This document shows positions 32,295-42,359 of a stretch of DNA of 64,000 nucleotides, in pieces; the stretch's first letter is position 1, and each line of letters starts with the position of its first letter. Below the pieces are notes generated by a model. That model had not been told where the DNA came from. It saw nothing but the letters and a program-made list of their open reading frames with translations, and made no database searches. Position numbers and translations under genes: made by a program. The DNA comes from Bacillota bacterium (GTDB lineage Bacteria; Bacillota; Sulfobacillia; Fermentithermobacillales; Fermentithermobacillaceae), in the NCBI GenBank assembly GCA_050260675.1, contig JBLNCN010000010.1, positions 132,523-196,522 on the forward strand, read 5' to 3'.

Positions 32295-33302
32295 ATGATA
32301 GGCAGGGACGTCGGGATCGATCTCGGTACGTGCTCAGTCCTGGTGTTTGTGTCAGGACGCGGGGTGGTCATCAGGGAGCCCTCGGTAGTTGCCAAAAGCG
32401 TCTCGGGAAACAAGGTCATCGCCGTAGGTAACGAGGCTAAGAAGATGTTGGGCAGGACGCCTCTCGACATTCAGGCTGTCCGCCCGCTTCGCCACGGCGT
32501 GATCACCGATTTTGACGTCACCCTTGCGATGCTCAAGTACTTCCTGCGGAACAGCCTGCCGTGGTTCCCGCCCGTGAGACCTCGCCTGCTCCTGGCCATT
32601 CCGGCCTCTGTTACCCATGTCGAGAGGCGAGCTGTCGCTCAGGCCGGCAAGGCGGCCGGCGGCGGCAAGGTCTACCTGATGGAAGAACCCCTGCTCGCGG
32701 CGCTGGGAGCCGAGCTGGACATCTCGGGCCCTTCCGGACACATGATCGTGGATATAGGAGGCGGCACAACCGACATAGCAGTCCTCTCAATGAGGGACAT
32801 GGTGAAGAGCGTGTCCACGCGCGTCGGAGGCGACGCCTTCGACGAGGCTATCGTGAGGTTCGTTAGGCGCGAGTACAACCTCATTATCGGTGAGACCACC
32901 GCCGAAGCGGCCAAGATGGCAGCCGGGTCAGCCGTTCCGAGAGAGCGAAAGGAAGTTGAAGTACGTGGACGAGACCTGGTGTCCGGCCTGCCGAGGAGCC
33001 TTGTTCTGGACACCTTCTCAATCCGCGAGGCAATCAACGAACCGCTCCAGACAATTAGCCAGGCGGTTCGCTCGGTGTTGGACAAGACGCCTCCGGAGCT
33101 CCTGGGCGACATCATCGAGAGAGGGATCGTCCTCTCCGGTGGGGGCGCGCTGCTCCAAGGCATTGACGACTACCTGGGCGCGGAAACCGGCCTGGCTATC
33201 CATATAGCCGACGACCCTGTATCGTGCGTGGCCCGGGGAACCAGGATAGCTCTGGAGAATCTCGACATGTACGAAAAGCACATGAAAGAGATTTCGGCCT
33301 AA
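32295..33302 (+). CDS. mbl: MreB-like actin homologue (Mbl)
   Basis: MIGRDVGIDLGTCSVLVFVSGRGVVIREPSVVA is the MreB N-terminus, and the position after spoIIID matches Bacillus. ATG 32295 has an upstream GGAG, so I prefer it over the ORF-track start at 32175. Confidence 0.9.
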   Translation: MIGRDVGIDLGTCSVLVFVSGRGVVIREPSVVAKSVSGNKVIAVGNEAKKMLGRTPLDIQAVRPLRHGVITDFDVTLAMLKYFLRNSLPWFPPVRPRLLLAIPASVTHVERRAVAQAGKAAGGGKVYLMEEPLLAALGAELDISGPSGHMIVDIGGGTTDIAVLSMRDMVKSVSTRVGGDAFDEAIVRFVRREYNLIIGETTAEAAKMAAGSAVPRERKEVEVRGRDLVSGLPRSLVLDTFSIREAINEPLQTISQAVRSVLDKTPPELLGDIIERGIVLSGGGALLQGIDDYLGAETGLAIHIADDPVSCVARGTRIALENLDMYEKHMKEISA

Positions 33303-33401
33303 GGGAACTAAGGCTTGGTGGCATATTTCCCCATCGTGCGGTCTTTACTATAAACTCACGACTCTCTCCCTTCGATAGAACATTTGGGGGGAGAGATATA
33401 C

Positions 33402-34145
33402 ATGATCCGCGGTATCCTGTCCGGTGTCACGGCGATGCGCGCGCAAGTGCGCAACCAGGAAGTCATCGCTAATAACCTCGCAAATGCCAATACAGCAGCC
33501 TACAACAAAGATAAGATTGTGTTTACCTCTTTCAGCGATGCCCTCGTATACGCGATGGAGCCACCGGCCTTTCCGGCAGCCATTGGAGGCATGACCGCAG
33601 GCACGGTCGTCGAGGCCATCGAGACCATCCACCAGGTAGGACCCATTGAAGTCACCGGGAATCCCCTGGACATCGCGCTGCCCGGAGGCCAGTACCTCGC
33701 GGTTGAGACGACAGCTGGCATCCGCTACACGCGTAGAGGCGACATCGAGATCTCGGCGGACGGCTACCTATCGATCGGTGGATACAGGCTTCTGGGCGAG
33801 TCAGGTCCGATCCAGGTGGAAGGGCTTTTGCCCAAGTCGATCCGGGAAGACGGAGCGGTGCTCGTCGGAGACGAAGCGGTCGACTTTCTGGCCCTCTGGC
33901 AGTTCCCCGACGAGAGCCTCCTGGTCAAGGAAGGGACCTCGCTGTTCAACCCAGATGACATGGAACCGTCGCAGGTCGAGGACGTCCTTGTGGCCCAGGG
34001 AGCCCTGGAGAAATCCTCCGTGGACCCGGTCGTCGAAATGGTGAACCTCATCTACGCCATGCGCTCCTACGAAGCGGCCCAGAAGGCCGTGCAGTCAGCG
34101 GACGAAACGCTTGGTCAGGCAGTCAACAAGGTCGGGCAAGTATAA
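33402..34145 (+). CDS. flhO: Flagellar basal-body rod protein (FlgF/FlgG family; flhO position)
   Basis: MIRGILSGVTAMRAQ...IANNLANANTAAY N-terminus and a C-terminal rod motif, in the same position as flhO. Confidence 0.85.
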   Translation: MIRGILSGVTAMRAQVRNQEVIANNLANANTAAYNKDKIVFTSFSDALVYAMEPPAFPAAIGGMTAGTVVEAIETIHQVGPIEVTGNPLDIALPGGQYLAVETTAGIRYTRRGDIEISADGYLSIGGYRLLGESGPIQVEGLLPKSIREDGAVLVGDEAVDFLALWQFPDESLLVKEGTSLFNPDDMEPSQVEDVLVAQGALEKSSVDPVVEMVNLIYAMRSYEAAQKAVQSADETLGQAVNKVGQV

Positions 34146-34178
34146 GAGCCAGAAGGCCGATAAGAGGGGGAGACTCGG

Positions 34179-34940
34179 ATGCTAAGAGCGCTATGGACCG
34201 GAGCCACAGGAATGGCCTCCCAACAGCTTCTGATAGATACCATCTCAAATAACCTGGCCAATGTGAACACCGCCGGCTACAAGAAGCAGAGGGTGCAGTT
34301 CCAGGACCTCTACTACGAAACAGTGGCGGTGGGACTCGGTTCGACGGCGACCCTTGGCAGCGGATCTCGAGTTTCCGCGACCGACCGGAGCTTCCGCCAA
34401 GGAAACGTCGAGCGCACAGACGATCCCCTGTCCATGGCCATTGAAGGCCAGGGGTTCTTCGCTGTAGAGACCGGTTCCGGAACCGCCTATACCCGGGACG
34501 GGTCCTTCAGGCTGGATGCGAGCGGCCGGCTCTGCACAGCGACCGGTTACATGGTTCTGGGAGATGGAGGCATCATCGAGGTGCCCGAAGGGGCCACCGA
34601 AATTGAGGTGACCGACGAGGGCATCATCTCCGGAGTCGTGGACGGCGAAAGGCAGGAAATCGGATCTATAGGGCTGGTCTTGTTCGCCAACCCGGCAGGC
34701 CTTGAGGCCACCGGCAACAACCTCTACAGAGCGACCCAGCTCTCCGGTGAGCCCGTAGACGCGGTACCGGGCCAGGACGGCGCGGGGCTAATCAGGGGCG
34801 GGTATATCGAGACCTCCAACGTTGAAATCGTGACCGAGATGGTGAATCTCATAATCGCGCAGCGTGCCTTCGAGTTGAACTCCAAGGCCGTCGAGACCGC
34901 TGACCAGATGTGGGGAATCGCCAACAACGTGAAGAGGTAG
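34179..34940 (+). CDS. flhP: Flagellar basal-body rod protein FlgG-like (flhP position)
   Basis: MLRALWTGATGMASQQLLIDTISNNLANVNTAGYK...IAQRAFELNSKAVETADQM. Confidence 0.88.
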   Translation: MLRALWTGATGMASQQLLIDTISNNLANVNTAGYKKQRVQFQDLYYETVAVGLGSTATLGSGSRVSATDRSFRQGNVERTDDPLSMAIEGQGFFAVETGSGTAYTRDGSFRLDASGRLCTATGYMVLGDGGIIEVPEGATEIEVTDEGIISGVVDGERQEIGSIGLVLFANPAGLEATGNNLYRATQLSGEPVDAVPGQDGAGLIRGGYIETSNVEIVTEMVNLIIAQRAFELNSKAVETADQMWGIANNVKR

Positions 34941-34946
34941 TAGACA

Positions 34947-35198
34947 ATGTACACCTCAGCTACTCAACCGATCGCAAAGACTGCGGCAAATAGCGTGGAC
35001 AGGCGCCTTGAGAAGACCTGCCAGGATTTTGAAGCCGTGTTTCTGTCAATGATATGGAAAGAAATGCAAAAGTCGGCGGGAACCGATTTGGGAGGATGGG
35101 ATGCCTTCGCCGAGCAAGCGCTGGGCCAGCACTGGGCCAAAGGCGGCGGAATTGGTCTGGCGAAGGTAATCTACAAAGCGATGGCGAAGCACCTCTAG
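34947..35198 (+). CDS. Rod-binding (FlgJ N-terminal-like / CheL-like) protein
   Basis: CQDFEAVFLSMIWKEMQKS...GGGIGLAKVIYKAMAKHL matches the Rod_binding domain pattern. Confidence 0.7.
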   Translation: MYTSATQPIAKTAANSVDRRLEKTCQDFEAVFLSMIWKEMQKSAGTDLGGWDAFAEQALGQHWAKGGGIGLAKVIYKAMAKHL

Positions 35199-35225
35199 TA
35201 CCAATCACGAAGGAACGGGGTGCCA

Positions 35226-35657
35226 ATGAAAGAACTTGTCGAACGGGCCGTTGAGGATATCCTTCCTCACAGGCCGCCTTTCCTTTTTGTGAGCAGGATC
35301 ATATCTCTCGAGGTCGCTCAAAGCGCCGTCACTGAATTTGACGTCACTCCCGACCTTTCCATTTTTAAGGGCCACTTTCCGTCAGAACCCATTCTGCCCG
35401 GCGTAATCATCCTCGAGATGCTTGCCCAAACCGGAGGGTTGTCGCTCCTGGCGTCGGACGAATATCGCGGGCGGATCGCCTACCTGGCGGCCGTCGAGTC
35501 CGCGAGGTTCCGCAAGCCCGTTCGCCCTGGCGACGTTCTTAGAGCCGAGAGCCGGATCTTGTCGGTCAAACGAGGCATCGGTAAAGCCGTAGGCAGGGCT
35601 TTTGTTGGGGATGAAGAGGTCGCGTCAGCCACTATTGTGTTTGCCGTGCCAAATTGA
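35226..35657 (+). CDS. fabZ: 3-hydroxyacyl-ACP dehydratase FabZ
   Basis: ILPHRPPFLFVSRII...FKGHFPSEPILPGVIILEMLAQTGG is the hot-dog FabZ signature, in the same position as ywpB. Confidence 0.88.
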   Translation: MKELVERAVEDILPHRPPFLFVSRIISLEVAQSAVTEFDVTPDLSIFKGHFPSEPILPGVIILEMLAQTGGLSLLASDEYRGRIAYLAAVESARFRKPVRPGDVLRAESRILSVKRGIGKAVGRAFVGDEEVASATIVFAVPN

Positions 35658-35725
35658 CACCCCAAGACGCTAATGCTAACATTTGCCTGGCTATGAACAT
35701 CCGTTTCCTGTGAGGGGGGTCTATC

Positions 35726-36913
35726 ATGCCTACCATTGGGAAGGGAAGACGACTCTTTACTTCAGAGTCCGTTACAGAAGGCCATCCCGATAAAGTTGCC
35801 GACCAGATATCAGACGGGATTCTTGACGCTATCCTGTCCAAGGACCCAGATGCCCGGGTCGCCTGCGAGTGCTTGGTGAAGACCGGCTTGGTCCTTGTGG
35901 CGGGTGAGATATCTACCGACTGCTATGTGGACATGCCGTTCACCGTGAGAGAGATGCTCCGGAGGATCGGCTACACCCGCGCGAAGTTTGGGTTCGATTC
36001 AGAGACCTGCGCGGTACTGACCGCAATTGAAGACCAGTCCCCGGACATTGCTCTGGGAGTTGACCGCTCTCTGGAGTCCAAGGAAGGCCACATGGCTGAT
36101 ACCCTGGGCTCGGGCGACCAAGGGATGATGTTCGGTTACGCTATCGACGAGACGCCGGTATACATGCCGCTGCCCATCGAGTTGGCCCACAGCTTGGCCA
36201 GACAGCTTGCCAAGGTCAGGCACGACAAAGTGTTGCCCTACCTGCGCCCTGACGGGAAGACCCAGGTGACGGTCGAGTACGAGGACGGCGTGCCAGCGAG
36301 GATACACACCATCGTTGTTGCTGCTCAGCACGCCAGTGACATCCGTCTCGACACCATAAGGCAGGATATCCTGGACAAAGTGGTGCGCCCGATTATCCCC
36401 GCTGGCATGATGGACGACAAGACTCGCATCCTGGTGAACGCCACCGGCCGGTTTGTGGTAGGCGGACCCCAGGGCGATTGCGGGATCACGGGCAGGAAGA
36501 TCATTGTGGACACCTACGGAGGATTCTCCCGCCACGGCGGGGGCGCGTTCTCCGGCAAAGACCCCACAAAGGTCGACCGTTCTGCTGCCTATGCGACCCG
36601 CTACGTGGCGAAGAACGTGGTTGCGGCAGGCCTTGCAAAAGAATGCGAGGTACAGGTGGCTTACGTCATTGGGGTCGCGCGTCCCGTCTCAATTAACGTT
36701 GACACCAAGGGAACAGGTCGAGTGAGTGACCTCGCGATCCAAGAGGCTGTTGAGAAGGCTTTTGATTTCAGGCCGGGCGCCATCATAGACAGGTTTGATC
36801 TGCGGCGGCCCATCTACCGGCCTTTGGCGGCATACGGTCACTTTGGCCGCGCCGACCTTGATCTGCCGTGGGAGCGGCTGGATCTGTCCCAGGAGCTACT
36901 GAAGCTGGTCTAG
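35726..36913 (+). CDS. metK: S-adenosylmethionine synthetase
   Basis: [20 protein letters not shown]...[19 protein letters not shown]. Confidence 0.95.
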   Translation: MPTIGKGRRLFTSESVTEGHPDKVADQISDGILDAILSKDPDARVACECLVKTGLVLVAGEISTDCYVDMPFTVREMLRRIGYTRAKFGFDSETCAVLTAIEDQSPDIALGVDRSLESKEGHMADTLGSGDQGMMFGYAIDETPVYMPLPIELAHSLARQLAKVRHDKVLPYLRPDGKTQVTVEYEDGVPARIHTIVVAAQHASDIRLDTIRQDILDKVVRPIIPAGMMDDKTRILVNATGRFVVGGPQGDCGITGRKIIVDTYGGFSRHGGGAFSGKDPTKVDRSAAYATRYVAKNVVAAGLAKECEVQVAYVIGVARPVSINVDTKGTGRVSDLAIQEAVEKAFDFRPGAIIDRFDLRRPIYRPLAAYGHFGRADLDLPWERLDLSQELLKLV

Positions 36914-36982
36914 GTTCTTGCGCACGTCCGAATCCCGTCCCTGATCCCCGGTTCATATACTGAGCCGGGGGAGGAACCCGGG

Positions 36983-37324
36983 ATGATGTGGAATAGGCTG
37001 ATCCTTGTTTCCGTTATTGCGGCTTGCATCGTGGACCTTATGAAGACGTGGCGCGTCGCGCAGGCCATGCCCGGCCCGCTGTCGGTCCGCGTGATCGCCG
37101 ACGCGCCGTCTTCAGAGCTGGAAGGCATCGTCCGATACCTATACCGGGAGCTAACCGTGGGTAACCGGCTCTTGGCCGAGATCGTTCTGGAGATAGGGGA
37201 CCATGGCGGGGAGTCCGCGCAAGTCGCAAGTCGCCTTGTGGCCGATGGATTTGCCGTCCAAGACTCCTCGTCGGAACCCGCATTAGTCCTCCTTATCAGG
37301 GCGGACGAAGCAGCTGCGGGGTGA
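36983..37324 (+). CDS. Hypothetical small protein (N-terminal hydrophobic segment)
   Basis: ORF only. Its stop is 6 nt before the downstream GGDEF gene. Confidence 0.35.
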   Translation: MMWNRLILVSVIAACIVDLMKTWRVAQAMPGPLSVRVIADAPSSELEGIVRYLYRELTVGNRLLAEIVLEIGDHGGESAQVASRLVADGFAVQDSSSEPALVLLIRADEAAAG

Positions 37325-37330
37325 CGCTTC

Positions 37331-39001
37331 GTGCGAAAACGCTTTGCCGGCTGGTATCCTTGGCTAGTTGGCCTTGGGGGCCTTGCCCTACTGGGCTGGC
37401 GGTTTATCTATGCCGGGCCCTCGTCTGCCAGCCTCCTAAGCGCTCCTTACCTCGCACTCCTCGCTATGTTTGCTGTGCTGGAGATCTACCGCGTGCCGAT
37501 ACGCGGCAACATCGCGGCGGGCTTCAGCACTGTTTCCGTTGTGGTGGCGGTCATCCTGGGGGGCGAACTCCCGGCATGGGCTATGAGCCTCGGGGGTTTG
37601 GCCATCCTGGTGAGCGGTTCCAAGGTGCTCAGGCCTGCGGTGTTCAATGCCGGAACCTACGCCATAGCTGCGGCGGCCGGCAGCCTTGCGGCTTCCCTGG
37701 CCGGGTACCCCGTGGGGGGTCCCGCGTTAGCATTCCGTCTCGCCGGCCCGCTGATCTTTGTCGCCGTTCACGGACTGGTGACTGCAGTCCTTGTAGGCAT
37801 CTACTCGGTGCTGTCGGAGCGGGGCGGAAAGGCAATCGACCAGTTGCTGTGTCTTGGCATTCACATCATTCTGGTTGTCATTTCGATGTCTTTGGGAGTC
37901 TCTATCGCGCTGGCTTATGAGAACTTCGGACCAATCAGCCTATACTTCATGTGCGTGATCTTGCCCATGCTGTCGTATCTGATGAGCCTCGCGGCCAGAG
38001 TGTCGTCAAACCGTGAAGGGCTATTCGCCCTCTATCAAGCGGCCTCGTCCATCAATGAAGCGCTGACTCTGCAGGAAGTGTTCGACAGAGCGCGCTCATT
38101 CACTCACGGTCTCTTGCACGAGGACTTCACGTGGCTTGCGTTGGCAACCGGCGACGAGCCGGGAGATCTGTCAGTTGCCTATACCTCGTTCGGCGACGGC
38201 GTCGACCTGGAGAGAGCGAGCGCCCATGTGGCGGCGATCAGCGCCGGCGTTCAGGACAGGGAGCCCGGAGAGCAGTATGTATGGACGCGCGAACAGACCG
38301 GCTCCTCATCCGGTTACTTCGGTTGGGTTGCCGTCACGGCGCTTCACCTCGGGAAGCAGTTCTTGGGCGAATTCGGAGTGGCCTCCATCTCCATTCCCAA
38401 CGACGTGACCAGCGACAAACTGCAGCTTCTGGCTGTTCTCTCATCTCACCTTGCCTTGGCGGTGGACAACGCTCTCAAGTTTGAGCGCGCGACCATGTTG
38501 GCCTACACGGATCCGCTGACCGGACTCTACAACTATCGCCAGTTTCAGAACCTCCTCCGTGAGGCTATCGTGAGGGCGGAGAAGTCCGGGGCCGAGCTCT
38601 CACTCATATACATCGACCTTGACTATTTCCGCGACGTCAACAACACCTACGGCCACCAGGTCGGAGACGAGGCTCTAAAGGCTATCGCAAGGACGATCCG
38701 GGCTTCGTGCCGGGACAGGGATCTGGTCTGCAGGCCGGGAGGCGACGAGTTCACAGTCATTCTGCCCGGAGTCCCCAAAGACCGGGCGCGCGTCGTGGCG
38801 GACCGGATAAGAGAAAACCTCATCGGGATGAAACTCGAAGTGGGATTGCCAGAGCCGCTTGCCTCGGCTATCGGCGCTTCGGTAGGCGTCTCGGCGTATC
38901 CGGAGGACGGATCGGACGTGGACACGCTTGTGAGGAAAGCCGACGCAGACATGTACTCCTCCAAGAATGAGGGAGGCCGCAGCGCCTCCTTGGGCGGTTG
39001 A
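37331..39001 (+). CDS. Polytopic-membrane GAF-GGDEF diguanylate cyclase
   Basis: About 7 N-terminal TM helices, a GAF-like middle region, and a C-terminal GGDEF domain with an intact RPGGDEFTVILPG motif. Confidence 0.85.
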   Translation: MRKRFAGWYPWLVGLGGLALLGWRFIYAGPSSASLLSAPYLALLAMFAVLEIYRVPIRGNIAAGFSTVSVVVAVILGGELPAWAMSLGGLAILVSGSKVLRPAVFNAGTYAIAAAAGSLAASLAGYPVGGPALAFRLAGPLIFVAVHGLVTAVLVGIYSVLSERGGKAIDQLLCLGIHIILVVISMSLGVSIALAYENFGPISLYFMCVILPMLSYLMSLAARVSSNREGLFALYQAASSINEALTLQEVFDRARSFTHGLLHEDFTWLALATGDEPGDLSVAYTSFGDGVDLERASAHVAAISAGVQDREPGEQYVWTREQTGSSSGYFGWVAVTALHLGKQFLGEFGVASISIPNDVTSDKLQLLAVLSSHLALAVDNALKFERATMLAYTDPLTGLYNYRQFQNLLREAIVRAEKSGAELSLIYIDLDYFRDVNNTYGHQVGDEALKAIARTIRASCRDRDLVCRPGGDEFTVILPGVPKDRARVVADRIRENLIGMKLEVGLPEPLASAIGASVGVSAYPEDGSDVDTLVRKADADMYSSKNEGGRSASLGG

Positions 39002-39729
39002 GAATCTTAGCCCTCGCCCGCCGGCTCTTGGACCGCCTGGCCGGAATCGCGTCAGGCAGTCCCGCGGTGTGCGCCTTGTGCGGCAGCCCCCTTCCGAAGG
39101 ACTCGGTATCGGGGGTGTGCCCCACGTGTGAGGACAAGCTTTCCTCGGAGATGTCCTGGGTGTGCCAGGTCTGCGGCGCCCCCCTTCGGCCGCCTCTCCG
39201 CATCTGTCCTGACTGCCAAAAGAACCTATACGTGTTTGACGGCCAGCGTTCCGCGGGGATCTATCAGGGCGATCTCCGTAATGCCATCGCCAAGATGAAG
39301 TTTCAGGGAGAACGGTGGATCGCGCGCCCCCTCGCCAACCTTATGGTCAGGGCAGCCACTCCGTTCCTGCCGGTTGACCTGCTGGTCCCCATACCGCTGG
39401 AGCCCGGCAGCAGCGTGAGACGGGGGTACAATCAGGCGCTGGACTTGGCCAAAGAACTGTCTCCCCTTCTCGACGCTCCCGTGATGGATCTTCTTGTCCG
39501 GGAAAAAAGGTATGCACATCAAGCTGAACTTGGACGAAATATGAGGTGGAAGAACCTCACAGAGAGCATGGGTCCCAAGAGCGCCATTAACCTGCGCGGG
39601 CAGAGGGTGTTGTTGGTGGACGACGTTACCACAACCGGCGCTACGCTCGATGAGGCGGCGAGGGTCCTGAAAGGGATGGGGGCCGAAAAGGTCTTCTGCG
39701 TGACCGCTGCCAGGACTCTGCGACGGTGA
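38998..39729 (+). CDS. comFC: ComF family phosphoribosyltransferase-domain protein (ComFC-like)
   Basis: N-terminal CxxC...CxxC zinc finger plus the PRTase motif VLLVDDVTTTGATL. It is followed by yvyF-flgM, as in Bacillus. Confidence 0.8.
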   Translation: MRILALARRLLDRLAGIASGSPAVCALCGSPLPKDSVSGVCPTCEDKLSSEMSWVCQVCGAPLRPPLRICPDCQKNLYVFDGQRSAGIYQGDLRNAIAKMKFQGERWIARPLANLMVRAATPFLPVDLLVPIPLEPGSSVRRGYNQALDLAKELSPLLDAPVMDLLVREKRYAHQAELGRNMRWKNLTESMGPKSAINLRGQRVLLVDDVTTTGATLDEAARVLKGMGAEKVFCVTAARTLRR

Positions 39730-39753
39730 GGAAGGCACAGGAGGGGAGAGAAA

Positions 39754-40170
39754 ATGGCCGGTAACATCCGCAATTGTAGGCGGTGCGGTAGGCTGTTCGT
39801 GTTTGTGGGAGGGCCCGTCTGTCCCGATTGCCTGGCCAAGGAAGAGGAGCAGTACCGGAAAGTCAAACTGTACATCGACGACCACCCGGGCTGCGGGGTC
39901 CAGGAGACCAGCGATGAGACGGGAGTCCCGGTTGATATCGTGGTAGAATTCTTGCGACAAGGTCTTCTGGTGACGGGGAGCGGACCCGAGGGTCAGCTGG
40001 TCTGCATGATTTGCAGGAGACCGATCACCAAGGGGCGCATTTGTCCGAGGTGCGAAGCAGCCCTGGGCATGGGATCCAGGCCCAAGGTCGACCAGGGACG
40101 CCAGGTGTCACAGGTGTCCCAGGTGTCGCGGATGTACACTATGGATTCTATTGGCAAGAAGACGAACTAA
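39754..40170 (+). CDS. yvyF: Flagellar operon protein YvyF (TIGR03826; zinc-ribbon, putative sigma-D regulator)
   Basis: CRRCGRLFVFVGGPVCPDCLAKEEEQYRKVKLYIDDHP matches the YvyF family. A second CxxC pair is present. Confidence 0.75.
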   Translation: MAGNIRNCRRCGRLFVFVGGPVCPDCLAKEEEQYRKVKLYIDDHPGCGVQETSDETGVPVDIVVEFLRQGLLVTGSGPEGQLVCMICRRPITKGRICPRCEAALGMGSRPKVDQGRQVSQVSQVSRMYTMDSIGKKTN

Positions 40171-40232
40171 GCTAAACCTAAGGCATGGGTTTTCCGATGA
40201 GTACCGTGAAATGCGGTGATTTCTCCTAGAGG

Positions 40233-40544
40233 GTGATGCGATTGATGATTTCGAGAGCACAAATAGGGCAGATCATGAAGGTCTACAAGACCCAGGGCAT
40301 CCTCTCGCCGCTCACGAAAGCGGACGGGGTATCGTCCGGCTCGGCTGTCGGAGACGACATCGCTCTCTCTTTCAGCCAATCGGATCTTGCCAAGGTCAGG
40401 GAGCTGGTCAAGAAGCTGCCTGACGTGCGACTCGATAAGGTGGAGTCCATCGCTCGAGAGATTGAGGCTGGCACCTACAAGATTGATGCGATGCAGGTGG
40501 CCGACAAGATGATGGGGAGGCTCTTGGCCGACAAGCTGAAGTAG
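40233..40544 (+). CDS. flgM: Anti-sigma-28 factor FlgM
   Basis: A ~100-aa protein with a C-terminal LDKVESIAREIEAGTYKIDAMQVADKMMG, which is FlgM-like. Confidence 0.8.
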   Translation: MMRLMISRAQIGQIMKVYKTQGILSPLTKADGVSSGSAVGDDIALSFSQSDLAKVRELVKKLPDVRLDKVESIAREIEAGTYKIDAMQVADKMMGRLLADKLK

Positions 40545-40570
40545 CACCCCAACCCCATAGGAGCGCGCAA

Positions 40571-40945
40571 ATGACCAACACGAGGAGCCTTAGTTCAATA
40601 TTGTCTGAAATCGGGTCCACCATGGACGGCCTCCTGGAGCTCGGCAAGAGGAAAGCCGAAATCCTGGTGCGCCGGGACATTAGCGGACTTGAGAAGCTGA
40701 TTCCATCGGAGCAGGACCTGGTGCGGCGGCTTGAGGAGCTCGAGAGCGAGCGCCAAGCGGTTCCGGCACAGTCCGATTCCGAGATAGAGCTCCTACGAGT
40801 AACGCTCAAAGAAAAAGCGAAGCGAATTGCCGAGATGAACGAGCGGAACCGGGGGCTGCTTCGGCGAGGGCTCGACTTAGTGCAGTACGAGCTCAAGCTC
40901 TTCCTGCAGGAGGGCAAGCCGCTGGTATTCGATCATCGCGCCTAA
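40571..40945 (+). CDS. flgN: FlgN-family flagellar export chaperone
   Basis: A 124-aa helical protein between flgM and flgK. Confidence 0.6.
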   Translation: MTNTRSLSSILSEIGSTMDGLLELGKRKAEILVRRDISGLEKLIPSEQDLVRRLEELESERQAVPAQSDSEIELLRVTLKEKAKRIAEMNERNRGLLRRGLDLVQYELKLFLQEGKPLVFDHRA

Positions 40946-40977
40946 GCGTTCGGTACCGATCGTAGGGGGGTGCCCGC

Positions 40978-42354
40978 ATGTCTCTGAACATTTTCGAAAT
41001 CGGCAAGTCTGCCCTTCTGGCGTCCAGACGGGCTATGGACGTAACAGGTCACAACGTGGCTAACGCCGCCACTCCCGGATATTCCCGCCAAGAGGCAATC
41101 CTTCACCCGATAGTGCAGCGTCAAGCCGAAGTATCCGGAATGGGAGTCCGGGTTACACAGATCCGCCGGCTCCGCGACTTCTTCACAGATTCGGTCCTGC
41201 GCAATGAAACCGCCAACCGCGCTTTCTTCGCGGTGCAGAAGGATGTTATCGACCAGATCCAGGTCATGTCGGCCGAGTCTTCCGACTCAGGCCTTCGGGC
41301 TGCCATCGAAAGCATCTGGGCAGGGTGGCAGGAGCTATCGATTGCTCCGGACTCGGAACCGGCTCGATCGGCGCTCGTTGAAACGAGCCGCTCGCTCATA
41401 GACATGTTCAGACATATGAGCGGACAACTCGATGCGCTTCAGGTAGACATCGACAAGAACATCTCCGCCAATGTTGAGCGGCTGAACTCCCTTACAGAGA
41501 CGGTCGCCAAGTTAAATGCAGAGATAGGCAGAGCGGCTGCCAGAAAGGATCCTATGGGAGACCTTTTGGACCGCAGAGACTTGCTGCTGGATGAGATCTC
41601 AGAGATTGCGGGCGCCACAGTCACTCGCTACTCCGATGGCACTGAAGCCGTTAGGGTAACAGTTAACGGTTTCCCGGTGGTCGACAGGACGTCCTCATTC
41701 AAACTGGCCGTAGACAGCACTGATCCAGTGCAGTACGCATGGGTGGACGCTGCGGGAGACCGCCAGATAATCCCCAGCGTGGGAGGGCGGCTCGGCGGCC
41801 TGGCAACCTCCAGGGACGAACTGGCAGGCACCTTCAGGCAGGACTTGGAGGCTCTCCTCCGAGACATCGTCGACACCGTAAACACTCAGTACGCCTTGGG
41901 CGTGAACCCCACAACAGGCAACCCGCCGGATCCACCGCTCTTCTTTGCGGTAGGAGATCCGACCGACTACCTCGGAACAGCGAACGTCGCGCCGGAAATC
42001 GTATCCGACCCCAACCGGATAGTGGTCTGGGACGGCGACGCAACGGCTCCAGGAAACGGGCTCAACGGCCTGGCAATATCCGAACTCCTGGAGAAGGCTC
42101 CGATCGACCAGTGGACGGCGGTAATCGGAAAGCTCGGGACAAAGGGTCAGAAGATAACCGACGGGCTCGAAACCCAGGAACTCCTCGTGAAGGAGATTCA
42201 GAACCGCAAGGATTCCATAAGCGGTGTCTCCATTGACGAGGAGATGGCGAATCTGATTCGCGAACAGCACGCCTTCAACGCAGCGAGCCGGCTCATATCA
42301 ACGGCCGACGAGCTTCTTGATACCGTCATCAACAGAATGGGCGCGGGGAGGTAG
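40978..42354 (+). CDS. flgK: Flagellar hook-associated protein 1
   Basis: MSLNIFEIGKSALLASRRAMDVTGHNVANAATPGYSRQE N-terminus and a C-terminal IREQHAFNAASRLISTADELLDTVIN. Confidence 0.92.
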   Translation: MSLNIFEIGKSALLASRRAMDVTGHNVANAATPGYSRQEAILHPIVQRQAEVSGMGVRVTQIRRLRDFFTDSVLRNETANRAFFAVQKDVIDQIQVMSAESSDSGLRAAIESIWAGWQELSIAPDSEPARSALVETSRSLIDMFRHMSGQLDALQVDIDKNISANVERLNSLTETVAKLNAEIGRAAARKDPMGDLLDRRDLLLDEISEIAGATVTRYSDGTEAVRVTVNGFPVVDRTSSFKLAVDSTDPVQYAWVDAAGDRQIIPSVGGRLGGLATSRDELAGTFRQDLEALLRDIVDTVNTQYALGVNPTTGNPPDPPLFFAVGDPTDYLGTANVAPEIVSDPNRIVVWDGDATAPGNGLNGLAISELLEKAPIDQWTAVIGKLGTKGQKITDGLETQELLVKEIQNRKDSISGVSIDEEMANLIREQHAFNAASRLISTADELLDTVINRMGAGR

Positions 42355-42359
42355 CGTAG

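Noticed and set aside
40081-40140. Tandem 9-nt repeats caggtgtcN x3 (encoding QVSQVSQVS) at the YvyF C-terminus
   Set aside because: A short in-frame coding microsatellite in a disordered tail. It is not a CRISPR or regulatory repeat.
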